A stretch of 64,000 bases of DNA from Actinomycetota bacterium (GTDB taxonomy: Bacteria > Actinomycetota > Actinomycetes > Streptomycetales > Streptomycetaceae), in NCBI GenBank assembly GCA_048498775.1, contig JBEHXI010000001.1:48485-112484 (forward strand), written 5' to 3'. A program made the translations under genes and the position numbers. Positions 54,567 to 63,921 of the stretch are shown here, one piece after another. The notes under the pieces were generated by a model. The model had not been told where the DNA came from, did not search any database, and saw only the letters and a list, made by a program, of their open reading frames with translations. How positions within the stretch are numbered: the first letter of the stretch is position 1; each line of letters starts with the position of its first letter.

Positions 54567-56033
54567 TCACGCCCTGAGGTTCCGGGTCGACGTCGCCATG
54601 AGCCGGCGGCCGGACGGCTCTGCCGGCACCGCCCCCGTGTTCCCGGGCCGCCGGCGCAGGAGTCCGGCGGTCTCCCACGCCAGGGTGGCGGCGGCCACCA
54701 GCGACAGAAGCGTGTAGAAGACGAACAGCTTGCGCAGGTCGTCGAGGAAGTACCAGATCGACGCGGTGGCGGTGAACCAGAAGCCGACCAGTGCGCCGGC
54801 ACGGCGCTCCCGGCCGCGTACCGCGCTGGTGAGGCAGCCGGCGGCGGCCAGTGCCAACAGCACGGCGATGGCGACGTACGAGCTGTCCCAGCCGGCGTCG
54901 GCGCGCCGCAGTGCGGAGTTGACCGCCACCGCCTCGGCCACCGGTCCCCAGCCCAGCGCGCACGACAGGCGGGCCGACCACGGCAGCGCCACCACGCCCA
55001 ACAGGCCCGCAGCGGTGGCCACTTGGCCGAAGTGCGCGGTGTCCACCAGCTGGCCGCGTGCGCACAGCAGCGACAGCAGGCAGCCGAGCAGCGCCAGAGC
55101 GCGGTCGGCGGAAGGGCGCAGCGAGACGCGGAGCGCGTCCCGCGCGGCGGTCCGGCCGCGGGGCGGTGCGGCCGCGGGCCGGGGCATGTCCCGCACGGTC
55201 GGCGCGGATGCCTGTGCCAGGGCGTCGGCGAGTGCGGCGCGCATCTCTCCCGCGCCGGCGAACCGTTCCGCCGGGTCCTTGCGCAGGGCGCGCAGGATCA
55301 CCGCCTCCACCGCCGGCGGTACCCCGGGGTGAAGCCGGGAGACCGGTTCGGGGTCGGCGTACAGGTGCTGGTGCATGACGGCGAAGGGCGAGTCGCCACC
55401 GAACGGGGGCCGCCCGGTCAGCAGTTCGTGCAGCAGGCACCCCATCGCGTACAGGTCGGCACGGTGGTCGATCTCCGCGCCGTTGATCTGCTCGGGCGAG
55501 AGGTAGGCGGGGGTGCCTATGGTGGCGCCGCTCCCGGTGATGCGGGTGGCGGTCTCGGTGAACGCCTTGGCGATGCCGAAGTCGAGGACCTTCACGGTGC
55601 CGGGTCCGGTGAGCATGATGTTGGAGGGCTTGACGTCCCGGTGCACGATTCCGCGTTCGTGGCTGTGCTGCAACGCGTCCAGTACCGCGCAGGCCGTGCC
55701 GATGGCGTCGGCGACGGGGAGCGGCCCCGGGCGCAGGGCCTCCGCGAGCGTGGTGCCCTGCACGTACTCCATGACCAGGTAGGGCCGCGGGCCGTCGGAA
55801 TGCGATTCCTCGCCGACGTCGTGGACGGTGGCCACGGCCGGGTGGTTCAGCGCGGCGGCCGCGTGAGCCTCACGCCGGAAGCGTGCTCGCGCCTGCGGGT
55901 CGTGGGCCAGCTCCGAGGAGAGCAGTTTGACGGCGACGGTGCGGCGCAACTGCCGGTCCACCGCCCGGTGGACTGTTCCCATGCCGCCCCGCCCGAGTCT
56001 CTCGACCAGCTCGTACCGGCCGCCGAGGACCAT
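54567..56033 (-). CDS. Ser/Thr protein kinase with polytopic C-terminal membrane domain
   Basis: Hanks motifs GRGGMGTV, AVK, HRDVKPSN, DFG, GTPAYLSPE. The C-terminal 200 aa or so contain about 5 hydrophobic helices. No PASTA repeats. Confidence 0.9.
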   Translation of the reverse strand: MVLGGRYELVERLGRGGMGTVHRAVDRQLRRTVAVKLLSSELAHDPQARARFRREAHAAAALNHPAVATVHDVGEESHSDGPRPYLVMEYVQGTTLAEALRPGPLPVADAIGTACAVLDALQHSHERGIVHRDVKPSNIMLTGPGTVKVLDFGIAKAFTETATRITGSGATIGTPAYLSPEQINGAEIDHRADLYAMGCLLHELLTGRPPFGGDSPFAVMHQHLYADPEPVSRLHPGVPPAVEAVILRALRKDPAERFAGAGEMRAALADALAQASAPTVRDMPRPAAAPPRGRTAARDALRVSLRPSADRALALLGCLLSLLCARGQLVDTAHFGQVATAAGLLGVVALPWSARLSCALGWGPVAEAVAVNSALRRADAGWDSSYVAIAVLLALAAAGCLTSAVRGRERRAGALVGFWFTATASIWYFLDDLRKLFVFYTLLSLVAAATLAWETAGLLRRRPGNTGAVPAEPSGRRLMATSTRNLRA

Positions 56034-56286
56034 GTCCCGCCCCACTTGACGCCTCCCCCGTGCATCGGAATCCCGGCGCAGCATACGGTGCGGCCCGGCG
56101 GGTCTCCCGAGCGGGCGGGTGAGCGCGGTGCCGGTCGTGGCCCGCGGCCGGTGCCGCCCCGCCCGGCCATGCCTGGCATACCGGTCCGCGATGCCGATCC
56201 GCCCGGCAATGCCTTGTCCGGGCCGCGGCGGCCTTTCTACGCTGCTGGCCGCCGCAGCATGGCGGCAGGGAACGAAAGGCGCACCC

Positions 56287-57057
56287 ATGGGGCGATTGGC
56301 CGGGAAGGTCGCGTTCATCAGCGGCACCGGGGCGGGAATCGGCCGGGCCGCGGCCCAGGTGTTCGCGGCCGAGGGCGCGGCGGTCTTCGGCTGCGACATC
56401 GACGCGGACGCCGACGCGGAGACAGTGGACCTGGTCACGAGGGCCGGGGGCCGGATGCGGTCGGTGGCACCGGTGGACCTGTCCACCCAGGAGGGCGCCG
56501 CGGCCTGGATCGCGGCGGGCATCGAGGCGTTCGGGGGCCTCGACATCCTCTACAACAACGCCTCCGCGCTGCGGAACGGGCCGTTCGAGACCATGCCCGC
56601 CGAGGACTGGTACTTCACCCTCCGCAACGAGCTGGACATCCCGTACTTCTGCACGCAGGCGGCCTGGCCCCACCTGATCGCCCGGGGCGGCGGCGCCGTG
56701 CTCAACGTGGCGTCGGTGGCCGCGGTGCGCGGCGCGCCGTTCATGCCGATGGTGCCGCACGGCGCGGCCAAGGGCGGGGTGCTGGCGATGAGCCGGCATC
56801 TGTGCGCGGCCGGGGCACCCCACCGCATCCGGGTCAACACCGTCGCCCCGGGCATGACCCGCACCTCGGCGACCGCCCCGTTCCTGGACGACCCGGACGG
56901 GCCGCGGGCCGCGCTGGAGGCCCGCATCCCGGCCGGCCGGATCGGCGAGCCGGAGGACATCGCGCGGGTCGCGGCGTTCCTGTGCTCGGACGAGGCCGCG
57001 TTCGTCAACGGTGCCAACGTCATGGTCGACGGCGGCGACAGCGCGATGGCGGGCTGA
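56287..57057 (+). CDS. SDR-family oxidoreductase
   Basis: Motifs GKVAFISGTGAGIGRA, NNAS, and VNTVAPG; ends in VDGG. Confidence 0.9.
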   Translation: MGRLAGKVAFISGTGAGIGRAAAQVFAAEGAAVFGCDIDADADAETVDLVTRAGGRMRSVAPVDLSTQEGAAAWIAAGIEAFGGLDILYNNASALRNGPFETMPAEDWYFTLRNELDIPYFCTQAAWPHLIARGGGAVLNVASVAAVRGAPFMPMVPHGAAKGGVLAMSRHLCAAGAPHRIRVNTVAPGMTRTSATAPFLDDPDGPRAALEARIPAGRIGEPEDIARVAAFLCSDEAAFVNGANVMVDGGDSAMAG

Positions 57058-57060
57058 GCC

Positions 57061-57486
57061 GTGACCGACCCGCGCACCCGCCTGGACCATGTCGGCGTCA
57101 ACGTCCGCGACCTGACCGCCGCCACCGCCTGGTACACCGCCGCCTTCGGGCTCGACGGCGTCTTCGAGTTCCACCTGGAGGGCCCGGGACTGACCGGGGT
57201 GGTGCTGGAGCACCCGCGCGGCTGGCGGATCGAGCTGCTGCACCGCACCGGCTCCCGGCCCGGCCCCCGCGGCGCGGACCCCCTGGCCGCCGCGCTGCAC
57301 GAGGGCTACGGGCACTTCGCGGTGACCGTGCCCCGGCTGCGCCCGCTCTACGACGCCCTGGTCGCCCACGGCGCCGGCGAGGTGATGGCGCCCGGCCCGT
57401 CCCCGGAACCGGGCGTGGACATGGCCTGGGTCAGCGACCCGGAGGGCAACCTCATCGAACTCATCGAACGCGACGACCAGGGGTGA
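57061..57486 (+). CDS. VOC (glyoxalase/bleomycin-resistance/dioxygenase) family protein
   Basis: 141 aa. LDHVGVNVRDL...A.AWY...FG, HFAV, DPEGNLIELIE. Starts 3 nt after the SDR stop. Confidence 0.88.
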   Translation: MTDPRTRLDHVGVNVRDLTAATAWYTAAFGLDGVFEFHLEGPGLTGVVLEHPRGWRIELLHRTGSRPGPRGADPLAAALHEGYGHFAVTVPRLRPLYDALVAHGAGEVMAPGPSPEPGVDMAWVSDPEGNLIELIERDDQG

Positions 57487-57503
57487 CGCCGGGACGTCGC
57501 CGT

Positions 57504-57521
57504 GCGGCCGTGCACGGCCGC
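57504..57521. terminator. 18-bp palindrome GCGGCCGTGCACGGCCGC between convergent genes
   Basis: Read directly. Lies between stops at 57486 and 57529. Can form only a short-loop hairpin. Confidence 0.3.
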
Positions 57522-57528
57522 GGGCGCG

Positions 57529-58428
57529 TCAGTCGTGCCGTGCGGGTGGCCGTGCGATGGATCCGGGATCTGGGCGAAGGAACTCGGTGAGCGCGGCGGT
57601 CAGGGCTTCGGGTGCCTGTTCGGCGACATGGTGCCCGGAGTCGATGCCGTGCCCGCGGACGTCGGTGGCCCACCGGCGCCAGATCGCGACGGGATCGCCG
57701 TACAGGTCTTCCAGGTCGTCCCGGAGCGACCAGAGGACCAGCGTCGGGCACGAGATGCGCCGGCCGGCGTCCCGGTCCGCCTCCTCGTGCCGCCGGTCGA
57801 CGGTGAGGCCGGCGCGGTAGTCCTCGAGCATCCCCCGCACCACGTCTGGGTCGCGGGTGGCCTGGCGCCATTCCGCGTGGTTCTCCGGTCCCATGACGTC
57901 CGGATCACCGCGGTACCAGCTGTCGGGATCGGCGGTGATGACCCGTTCGGGGATGCCGGGTTGCGCGAAGAAGAACCAGTGCCACCACTGGGTGGCGAAC
58001 TCGGCGGTGATCCGCGACAGATGCTCGGTCAGGGGCAGGCAGTCGGCGAACACCACCCGGGAGACGGCCTCGGGGTGGTCGAGGGTGAGGCGCAGCGCCA
58101 CGCCGCCCCCGCGGTCGTGCCCGACGAGCGCGAACCGCCGGTGTCCGAGGTGCCGCAGCACGGCCACGACGTCACCGGCCACGGCACGCTTGGAATAGCC
58201 CGAGTGGTCCGCGGTGAACGCCGGCCCTCGGGAGCGCCCGTAGCCGCGCAGGTCCGGGCAGACCACCGTGTGACCGGCCGCCACGAGCCGCGGAGCGACC
58301 CGATGCCAGGTGGCCGACGTGCGGGGATGACCATGCAGCAGCACCACCGGTGGCCCCTGACCGCCGAAGCGGACGAAGAGGGACGCCTCACCGACATCGA
58401 CCTGCGCCTCCTGGAATCCCTCGAACAC
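57529..58428 (-). CDS. alpha/beta-fold hydrolase (haloacetate dehalogenase / epoxide hydrolase-like)
   Basis: GTG after GAAGGAGG with 6-nt spacing. Motifs VLLHGHPRTS, LVGHDRGG, WWHWFFFAQP, GHHVAE. Confidence 0.88.
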   Translation of the reverse strand: MFEGFQEAQVDVGEASLFVRFGGQGPPVVLLHGHPRTSATWHRVAPRLVAAGHTVVCPDLRGYGRSRGPAFTADHSGYSKRAVAGDVVAVLRHLGHRRFALVGHDRGGGVALRLTLDHPEAVSRVVFADCLPLTEHLSRITAEFATQWWHWFFFAQPGIPERVITADPDSWYRGDPDVMGPENHAEWRQATRDPDVVRGMLEDYRAGLTVDRRHEEADRDAGRRISCPTLVLWSLRDDLEDLYGDPVAIWRRWATDVRGHGIDSGHHVAEQAPEALTAALTEFLRPDPGSIARPPARHD

Positions 58429-58591
58429 CCAAGACCTCCTTCGGACCCGGCTCGCGCGTCGCTTCCCGCCGGCGGCGCGACGCCGGCACTTCCTCCTGCC
58501 CCGGCCCGCAACGGACATGCGCGTGGCGGAGGGAGAGGGGCACGAGGCCCCGGCCGTCCGGCGCACCGCCGGGGACACCGCACGCGCGCGA

Positions 58592-59395
58592 TCAGAGCTC
58601 CGCGCCGGTGCCGGCCGCCGCGGCCAGGGCGTCGGTGATGGCCTTGACCCCGCCGTGCGCGGCGTAGCCGCCGTCCACGGTGATCTCGGCGCCGGTGGTG
58701 TAGCCGGACTCGTCGGAGATCAGGTGGACGACCAGCGGGGCCACGTCCTGCGGGCGGCCGGCCCGGCCCAGCGGGGTCATCTGCAGGTGGGCGCGCCGGA
58801 AGACCGGGTTGGCGTCCGCCATCAGCGGCGTCTCGATCAGCCCGGGATGGACGATGTTGACGCGGATGCCGCGCGGCGCCAGTTCCAGGGCCGCCACCCG
58901 CGTCAGGCCGCGCAGCGCCCACTTGCTCGCGGTGTACGGGAGCGCGTGGTGGGCGGTCAGGCCCGCCACCGAGCCGATGTTGACGATGGAGCCGCCGTCC
59001 GTCATCAGCGGGGCGATCGCCTGGATGCCGAGCAGCGGCCCGGTGGTGTTGACGGCCCAGGCGCGGTCCCAGTCGGCCAGCTCCACCTCGCCCAGGCGGG
59101 CGCGTACCGGGATGCCGGCGTTGTTGACCAGGCCGTGGACGGGGGCGTGGTGCCCCTCCAGCCAGGCGGCGAGGGACGCCCACTGCTCGGGGCTGGTGAC
59201 GTCGAGGTGGCGGTAGTCGACCGTCAGGCCCTCGGCGCGCAGCGCGGCGGCGAGGCGCTCGCCGGCCTCGTCCCGCACGTCCGTGGCGACGACGGTGGCG
59301 CCCTCCCGGGCCAGCGCCTCGGTCTCGGCCGCTCCCTGGCCCTGCGACGCGCCGGTGACGACGACGGTGCGGCCGGCGACACGCTTGCGGCTCAC
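58592..59395 (-). CDS. SDR-family oxidoreductase
   Basis: GTG after AGGAGGAAAC. Motifs GRTVVVTGASQGQGAA, NNAG, YTASKWAL, VNIVHPG. Confidence 0.9.
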   Translation of the reverse strand: MSRKRVAGRTVVVTGASQGQGAAETEALAREGATVVATDVRDEAGERLAAALRAEGLTVDYRHLDVTSPEQWASLAAWLEGHHAPVHGLVNNAGIPVRARLGEVELADWDRAWAVNTTGPLLGIQAIAPLMTDGGSIVNIGSVAGLTAHHALPYTASKWALRGLTRVAALELAPRGIRVNIVHPGLIETPLMADANPVFRRAHLQMTPLGRAGRPQDVAPLVVHLISDESGYTTGAEITVDGGYAAHGGVKAITDALAAAAGTGAEL

Positions 59396-59459
59396 GTTTC
59401 CTCCTGCGGGTTCCGGGCGGGGGCCGTCCGACTGGTCCTCCTGCGCCCCCGCACCGAAC

Positions 59460-60428
59460 CTAGGAGGCGCGGACCAGCGCCGGAAATTCACAGTCCGGAT
59501 GGCTGCCATCCGCCGAGGGGGCCGCGTCCAGGTCGGCGCCCACCCGGCGGATGGTCTCGCGCAGCCAGGCGTGCCCGGGGTCGGCGTGCCGGTTGTGGTG
59601 CCAGTACAGCGCCTCGACCAGCGGCACGTCGGGGAACGGTGTGGGGACGACGACGCAGCGGGTGAAGTGCTCGAAGCGGCGGGCGAGGCGCTCGGGCACC
59701 ACGGCGACCATGTCGGTGCCGGGCACCAGGAACGGCAGCACGCTGAAGCCGGGGGCGCTGACCTGGACCTTGGGGGTGATGCCCAGGGTCTCCAGCTGGC
59801 GGGCGGCCGGGGTCGGGCTCTTGCCGAACGAGGCGGTGGCGTGCGGCATGTCCGCCAGGTCGCGCAGGCTCAGCCCGCCGTCCCGCAGCCGCGGGTTGTC
59901 GCGGTCGAGGATGCAGACGAACCGGTCGTGCATCACCGCCTCGCTCACCCCGGGCAGCTGGTAGCCCAGCGGGGCCAGCATCAGGTCGTGGCGGCGCAGA
60001 TGGGTCTCGTTCTCCGGCTGGCCGTGCACCAGGGGGTGGAAGTCGATCCGCACCCCGGGCGCCTCCTCGGAGATCACCCGCAGCAGCGGCTGGACGAGCA
60101 CCGTCATCATGTAGTCCGACATGACCACCGAGAAGCGCTGCAGGCTGCGCGCCGGCTCGAACTGCTTGGTCAGGGAGAGCGCCTCGGCCGCCTTCTGCAG
60201 CGTCTCGCGCACCAGCGGCAGCAGGCGCTCGGCCAGCGGCGTCAGCTCGTACTCGCGGCCCACCCGGACCAGCAGCTCATCGTTGAAGTGGCGCCGCAGC
60301 CGGGCCAGCGAGCCGCTCATCGCCGACTGGCTGGTGCACAGCCGCAGACCGGCGTGGGTGACGTTGCGGTCCTCCAGGAGCGCTTCGAGCGCCACCAGCA
60401 GGTTGAGGTCGATCGCTCCCAGCCCCAT
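59460..60428 (-). CDS. LysR-family transcriptional regulator
   Basis: IDLNLLVALEALLEDRNVTHAGLRLCTSQSAMSGSLARLR, plus a substrate-binding domain. ATG at 60428 is preferred over GTG at 60434 on RBS spacing. Confidence 0.9.
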   Translation of the reverse strand: MGLGAIDLNLLVALEALLEDRNVTHAGLRLCTSQSAMSGSLARLRRHFNDELLVRVGREYELTPLAERLLPLVRETLQKAAEALSLTKQFEPARSLQRFSVVMSDYMMTVLVQPLLRVISEEAPGVRIDFHPLVHGQPENETHLRRHDLMLAPLGYQLPGVSEAVMHDRFVCILDRDNPRLRDGGLSLRDLADMPHATASFGKSPTPAARQLETLGITPKVQVSAPGFSVLPFLVPGTDMVAVVPERLARRFEHFTRCVVVPTPFPDVPLVEALYWHHNRHADPGHAWLRETIRRVGADLDAAPSADGSHPDCEFPALVRAS

Positions 60429-60587
60429 GGGCACGTTCCTTCCGGCAGGGGTGTCCGATGACGTCGGCGATGTGGTGAAACGCGACTGTAACCAGGGCCT
60501 TCGGTGCTGGGAAGGCTTGTGGTGTCACGGAGCGGAACGCCTCGGCCCGCGCGATGGCAGGCATCGCGCGGGCCGATGGCGCTCCGG

Positions 60588-61547
60588 TCACGGGCGGGGG
60601 GTGCGGCCCCGGGCGCGGGCGCGCGGCAGGTAGGCGTCCGCCCGCCCCGGCAGCACCCGGTTGCTGACGGTGCCGATGCCCTCCACCGCCAGGGTCACCT
60701 CGTCGCCGGGGCGCAGCGGCGCGGGGACGCGGCGCCCGGCCCGGCCCCAGTGCTCGGCGAGCGCGCCCCAGCCGCAGGTGCCGGAGCCGAGGATGTCGCC
60801 GGGGCGCACCCAGGCGTCGCGGGAGGCGTAGGCGATCATCTCCTCGAACGTCCAGGAGGCGTTGGCGAGGGTGTCGCGGCCGATGAGCTCGCCGTTGAGG
60901 GTGACCGTCATCTCCAGGTCGAGGTAGCCGTCCGGGCCGCGCCGGTGCTCCACCTCGTCGGCGGTGACCAGCCAGGGGCCGAGGGTGTTGGCGAAGTCCT
61001 TGCCCTTGCTGAAGCCCAGGCCCAGTTCGCGTTCCGGTTTCTGCAGGTCGCGCGCGGACCAGTCGTTGAAGACCAGGTAGCCGAGGATGTGGGCGCCGGC
61101 CTGCCCGGGGGCCAGGTCGCGGCCGGAGCGGCCGATGACACAGCCCACCTCCAGCTCGAAGTCCAGCACCTGGCAGCCGGCCGGGACCGGGACGCCGTCG
61201 TGGGCGCCGTAGCAGGCGTGCGGGTTGGTGAAGTAGAAGGCGGGTGCCCGGTACCAGACGTCCGGGACGTGCTCCAGGCCGTCCAGGCTCCTGGAGACGC
61301 CCTCGATGTGCGCCTCGAAGCCGACGAAGTCGCGGATGCTGGGCGGCTGGAACGGTGGCAGCAGCCGCACCTGGTCCACCGCGGGGCCGGGCGGCCCGGC
61401 CAGCGCCCGCTCGCCGGCCGCCCGCAGGGCCTCCGGCTCACCGCGCACCACCAGCGCCGTCAACGGCTCGTCCAGCGGGTGGAGCCGGGCGGTGTGGACG
61501 ACACCGGAGTGCTCGGCGCCACCGTGCTCGTAGGTCGCGAAACGCAT
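60588..61547 (-). CDS. fumarylacetoacetate hydrolase (FAH) family protein
   Basis: 319 aa. Motifs DFELEVG, GYLVFNDWSARD, KGKDF, GD.LGSGT. Confidence 0.9.
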   Translation of the reverse strand: MRFATYEHGGAEHSGVVHTARLHPLDEPLTALVVRGEPEALRAAGERALAGPPGPAVDQVRLLPPFQPPSIRDFVGFEAHIEGVSRSLDGLEHVPDVWYRAPAFYFTNPHACYGAHDGVPVPAGCQVLDFELEVGCVIGRSGRDLAPGQAGAHILGYLVFNDWSARDLQKPERELGLGFSKGKDFANTLGPWLVTADEVEHRRGPDGYLDLEMTVTLNGELIGRDTLANASWTFEEMIAYASRDAWVRPGDILGSGTCGWGALAEHWGRAGRRVPAPLRPGDEVTLAVEGIGTVSNRVLPGRADAYLPRARARGRTPRP

Positions 61548-61548
61548 C

Positions 61549-62943
61549 TCACGGCTCCCAGTGGTTGCGGTTGTCGGGGGCTTGCCCGTCGGCGGTGAGG
61601 TATCCGGCGAACAGCGCGCCGGGGTCGCGCCCGGCGCGGATCCGCTCCAGCCGCCGCCACTGGCTCTCGCCCATGAAGCGCATCCGGCGGCGGGTGAAGT
61701 CCGAGTCGCCGAGGTACTGGCCGACGGTGACGGGCTCCAGGTCGGCCATGGCCGCGGCCAGCCAGCCGCGCAGTTCCGCGTCGCGCGACGGGTCGTCGTA
61801 GACGACGTAGGTGGCGCAGTAGATCTCCGACTGGAGGCTGAAGGCCATGTCGGGCAGTTCGCGCAGCGGGGCCATGGAGAACCAGATGGTGAACGCGCCC
61901 GGCACCGGATGAGTGGTGAAGGCCCTGCGCATCGCGGGCACCACGGCGGCGGCGCTGCCGCTGAGCCAGGCGTTGTCCACCAGGTAGCGGTGCCCCTCCG
62001 GGTTGGCGGTGCGCTGGCCCTCCAACTGCTCGGCGAGGGTGGTGGGTTCGGCGTCGACGCGCCACAGGGTGCGGTCCGCGTGCGGGTTGGCGCTCAGCGG
62101 CGCCAGGGCCGCGGCGCCCTGCCCGGTGGTGTCGGTCAGCGCCACACCGGTGACCAGCAGCACCGGGGTGTCATGTCCCGGCGGGGTCTGGGTGAGCGCG
62201 ACGATCTCGACGGTGTCGGCGACGGTGTGGTGCGTCCCGTGCAGCCAGGTCATCACCTCGTCGAACAGGTCCAGCGGGTAGGCGTGCACGGTGTGGGTGA
62301 CCGCCTTCGGCAGCGGCCGGGTCCGCAGGTGGAAGCGGGTGACCACGCCGGGGAAGCCGGGGCCCGCGCCGCGTGCGGCCCAGTACAGGTCGCTGTGGCT
62401 TCGCGCGTCGGCCCGCACCGGTTCGCCCTCGGCGGTGACCACGTCGACCGCGACGACGCTCTCGGCGGCCCAGCCCCAGCCGCGGGCGTTCCAGCCCTGC
62501 CCGCCCTGGAGCAGGAAACCGCCGATGCCGACGGACGGGCAGTGGCCGCCGTTGAAGAAGCGGCCGCGCTCGGCGAGGTAGGGGCCGAGCTCGTCACCGC
62601 CCTTGATCGCGGGCGTCGCCGTGACGATGCCGGTCGCGGCGTCGAAGCCGAGTTCGCGGAACGAGCCGAGGTCGATCAGCAGCGCCCCCTCCCGCACGCT
62701 CCAGGCCGCCCAGCTGTGGCCGCCGGAGCGCACGGCGACCTGCCAGCCGCGTTCGCGGGCCAGCCGCACGCCTTCGACGACGTCCCGCTCGGTGGCCGCG
62801 GCGAGCACGGCGGCCGGGCGGCGCTCGGCGGGGGCGGGGCGGCGGGCGTTGAAGACGCGGCCGACGCACGCCTCCTCGAATCCGTCGTCGCCGGGCAGGT
62901 GCAGGGTGCCGGTGAAGCGGGACCGGTCGGTGGTGGCCGTCAT
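61549..62943 (-). CDS. FAD-binding (FAD_binding_4 / BBE-like) oxidoreductase
   Basis: 464 aa from MTATTDRSR (GAGG RBS). PAAVLAAATERDVVEGVRLARERGWQVAVRSGGHSW and GHCPSVGIGGFLLQGG. Its stop lies 1 nt before the FAH start. Confidence 0.88.
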   Translation of the reverse strand: MTATTDRSRFTGTLHLPGDDGFEEACVGRVFNARRPAPAERRPAAVLAAATERDVVEGVRLARERGWQVAVRSGGHSWAAWSVREGALLIDLGSFRELGFDAATGIVTATPAIKGGDELGPYLAERGRFFNGGHCPSVGIGGFLLQGGQGWNARGWGWAAESVVAVDVVTAEGEPVRADARSHSDLYWAARGAGPGFPGVVTRFHLRTRPLPKAVTHTVHAYPLDLFDEVMTWLHGTHHTVADTVEIVALTQTPPGHDTPVLLVTGVALTDTTGQGAAALAPLSANPHADRTLWRVDAEPTTLAEQLEGQRTANPEGHRYLVDNAWLSGSAAAVVPAMRRAFTTHPVPGAFTIWFSMAPLRELPDMAFSLQSEIYCATYVVYDDPSRDAELRGWLAAAMADLEPVTVGQYLGDSDFTRRRMRFMGESQWRRLERIRAGRDPGALFAGYLTADGQAPDNRNHWEP

Positions 62944-62951
62944 GGCGTACC

Positions 62952-63920
62952 TCACTTCACGGCGATCGGGTTGACCGGGGCGCCGACCGCGCCGGTGACC
63001 GGCAGCGGCGGCGCGACCAGCAGGAACTCGTACACCCCGTCGGCCGCGCAGTCCGCGGCCAGCTCCTCCAGGTCGAACATCTCGCCCAGCGTCAGGCCCA
63101 TGTTGGGGATGGCGATCTGGTGCAGCGGCGACATGCACGGCCCGTCGAACTCGTACGGGCGCACCTCGATGCCCCAGGTGTCGGAGGCGATGGCGGCGAT
63201 CTCGGTGCGGTGCAGCCAGCCGAGGGTGGTGAACGACAGGCCGGGCGCGTCGCCGGCGGCGTAGGTGCCCCAGTCGCCCCGGCGGCGCACCCGGTGCAGC
63301 TGGCCGGTGCGGACCAGCACGATGTCGCCGCGGCGGACGCTGGAGGTGGGGCCCTGGGCGTCGATGGTGGCCCGCAGGTGCTCCTCGGTGATGGCGAAAC
63401 CGTCCGGCAGCTCCATGCCGTCCTCGCCGACGACCCGGCCGACGTCCAGCAGCACACCGCGGCCGACGATGGTGTCCTTCAGGTGCTCGATGCCGGTGAC
63501 GGAGTCGCCCTCGCCGTTGACGATGGTGCACGGGCGCCCGTTCCAGGCCCGCTTGGTGTCGTAGATGTGGCCCAGGCCGTCCCACTGGGTGCCGGCCTGG
63601 AGCGGCATGACGATGTGGTCGTCGGCGCCGCCGAAGCCGTGCGGGAAGCCCTGGCGCTCGGCCGCGGCGTCGGTGCCGGTGTCGCGCATGTAGTGGACGG
63701 GGTTGATGCGGCCGCGGAAACCGCGTTGCGGGCCGTCCTCGTTGAACTCCAGGGCCAGCGAGATCGCCCGGCCGCGCCGCACGAGGCCGGCGGCGTGGGC
63801 GCGTCTGGCGTCGTCGATGAAGTTGAGGGTGCCGAGCACGTCGTCCTCCCCCCAGCGGCCCCAGTTGCGGTAGGCGGCGCGGGCCGCGGCCAGCTCCTCC
63901 TCGATGGGTCCGAGTGTCAT
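62952..63920 (-). CDS. cyclase-family protein (kynurenine formamidase / isatin hydrolase-like fold)
   Basis: 322 aa. Motifs GTLNFI, GTQWDGLGH, GVLLDV, GDIVLVRTG. Its stop is 8 nt before the FAD oxidase start. Confidence 0.85.
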   Translation of the reverse strand: MTLGPIEEELAAARAAYRNWGRWGEDDVLGTLNFIDDARRAHAAGLVRRGRAISLALEFNEDGPQRGFRGRINPVHYMRDTGTDAAAERQGFPHGFGGADDHIVMPLQAGTQWDGLGHIYDTKRAWNGRPCTIVNGEGDSVTGIEHLKDTIVGRGVLLDVGRVVGEDGMELPDGFAITEEHLRATIDAQGPTSSVRRGDIVLVRTGQLHRVRRRGDWGTYAAGDAPGLSFTTLGWLHRTEIAAIASDTWGIEVRPYEFDGPCMSPLHQIAIPNMGLTLGEMFDLEELAADCAADGVYEFLLVAPPLPVTGAVGAPVNPIAVK

Positions 63921-63921
63921 G

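Noticed and set aside
57529-63920. Secondary-metabolite biosynthetic gene cluster (cyclase, FAD oxidase, SDRs).
   Set aside because: There is no PKS, NRPS, terpene synthase, RiPP precursor or tailoring hallmark. FAH and LysR fit catabolism better.
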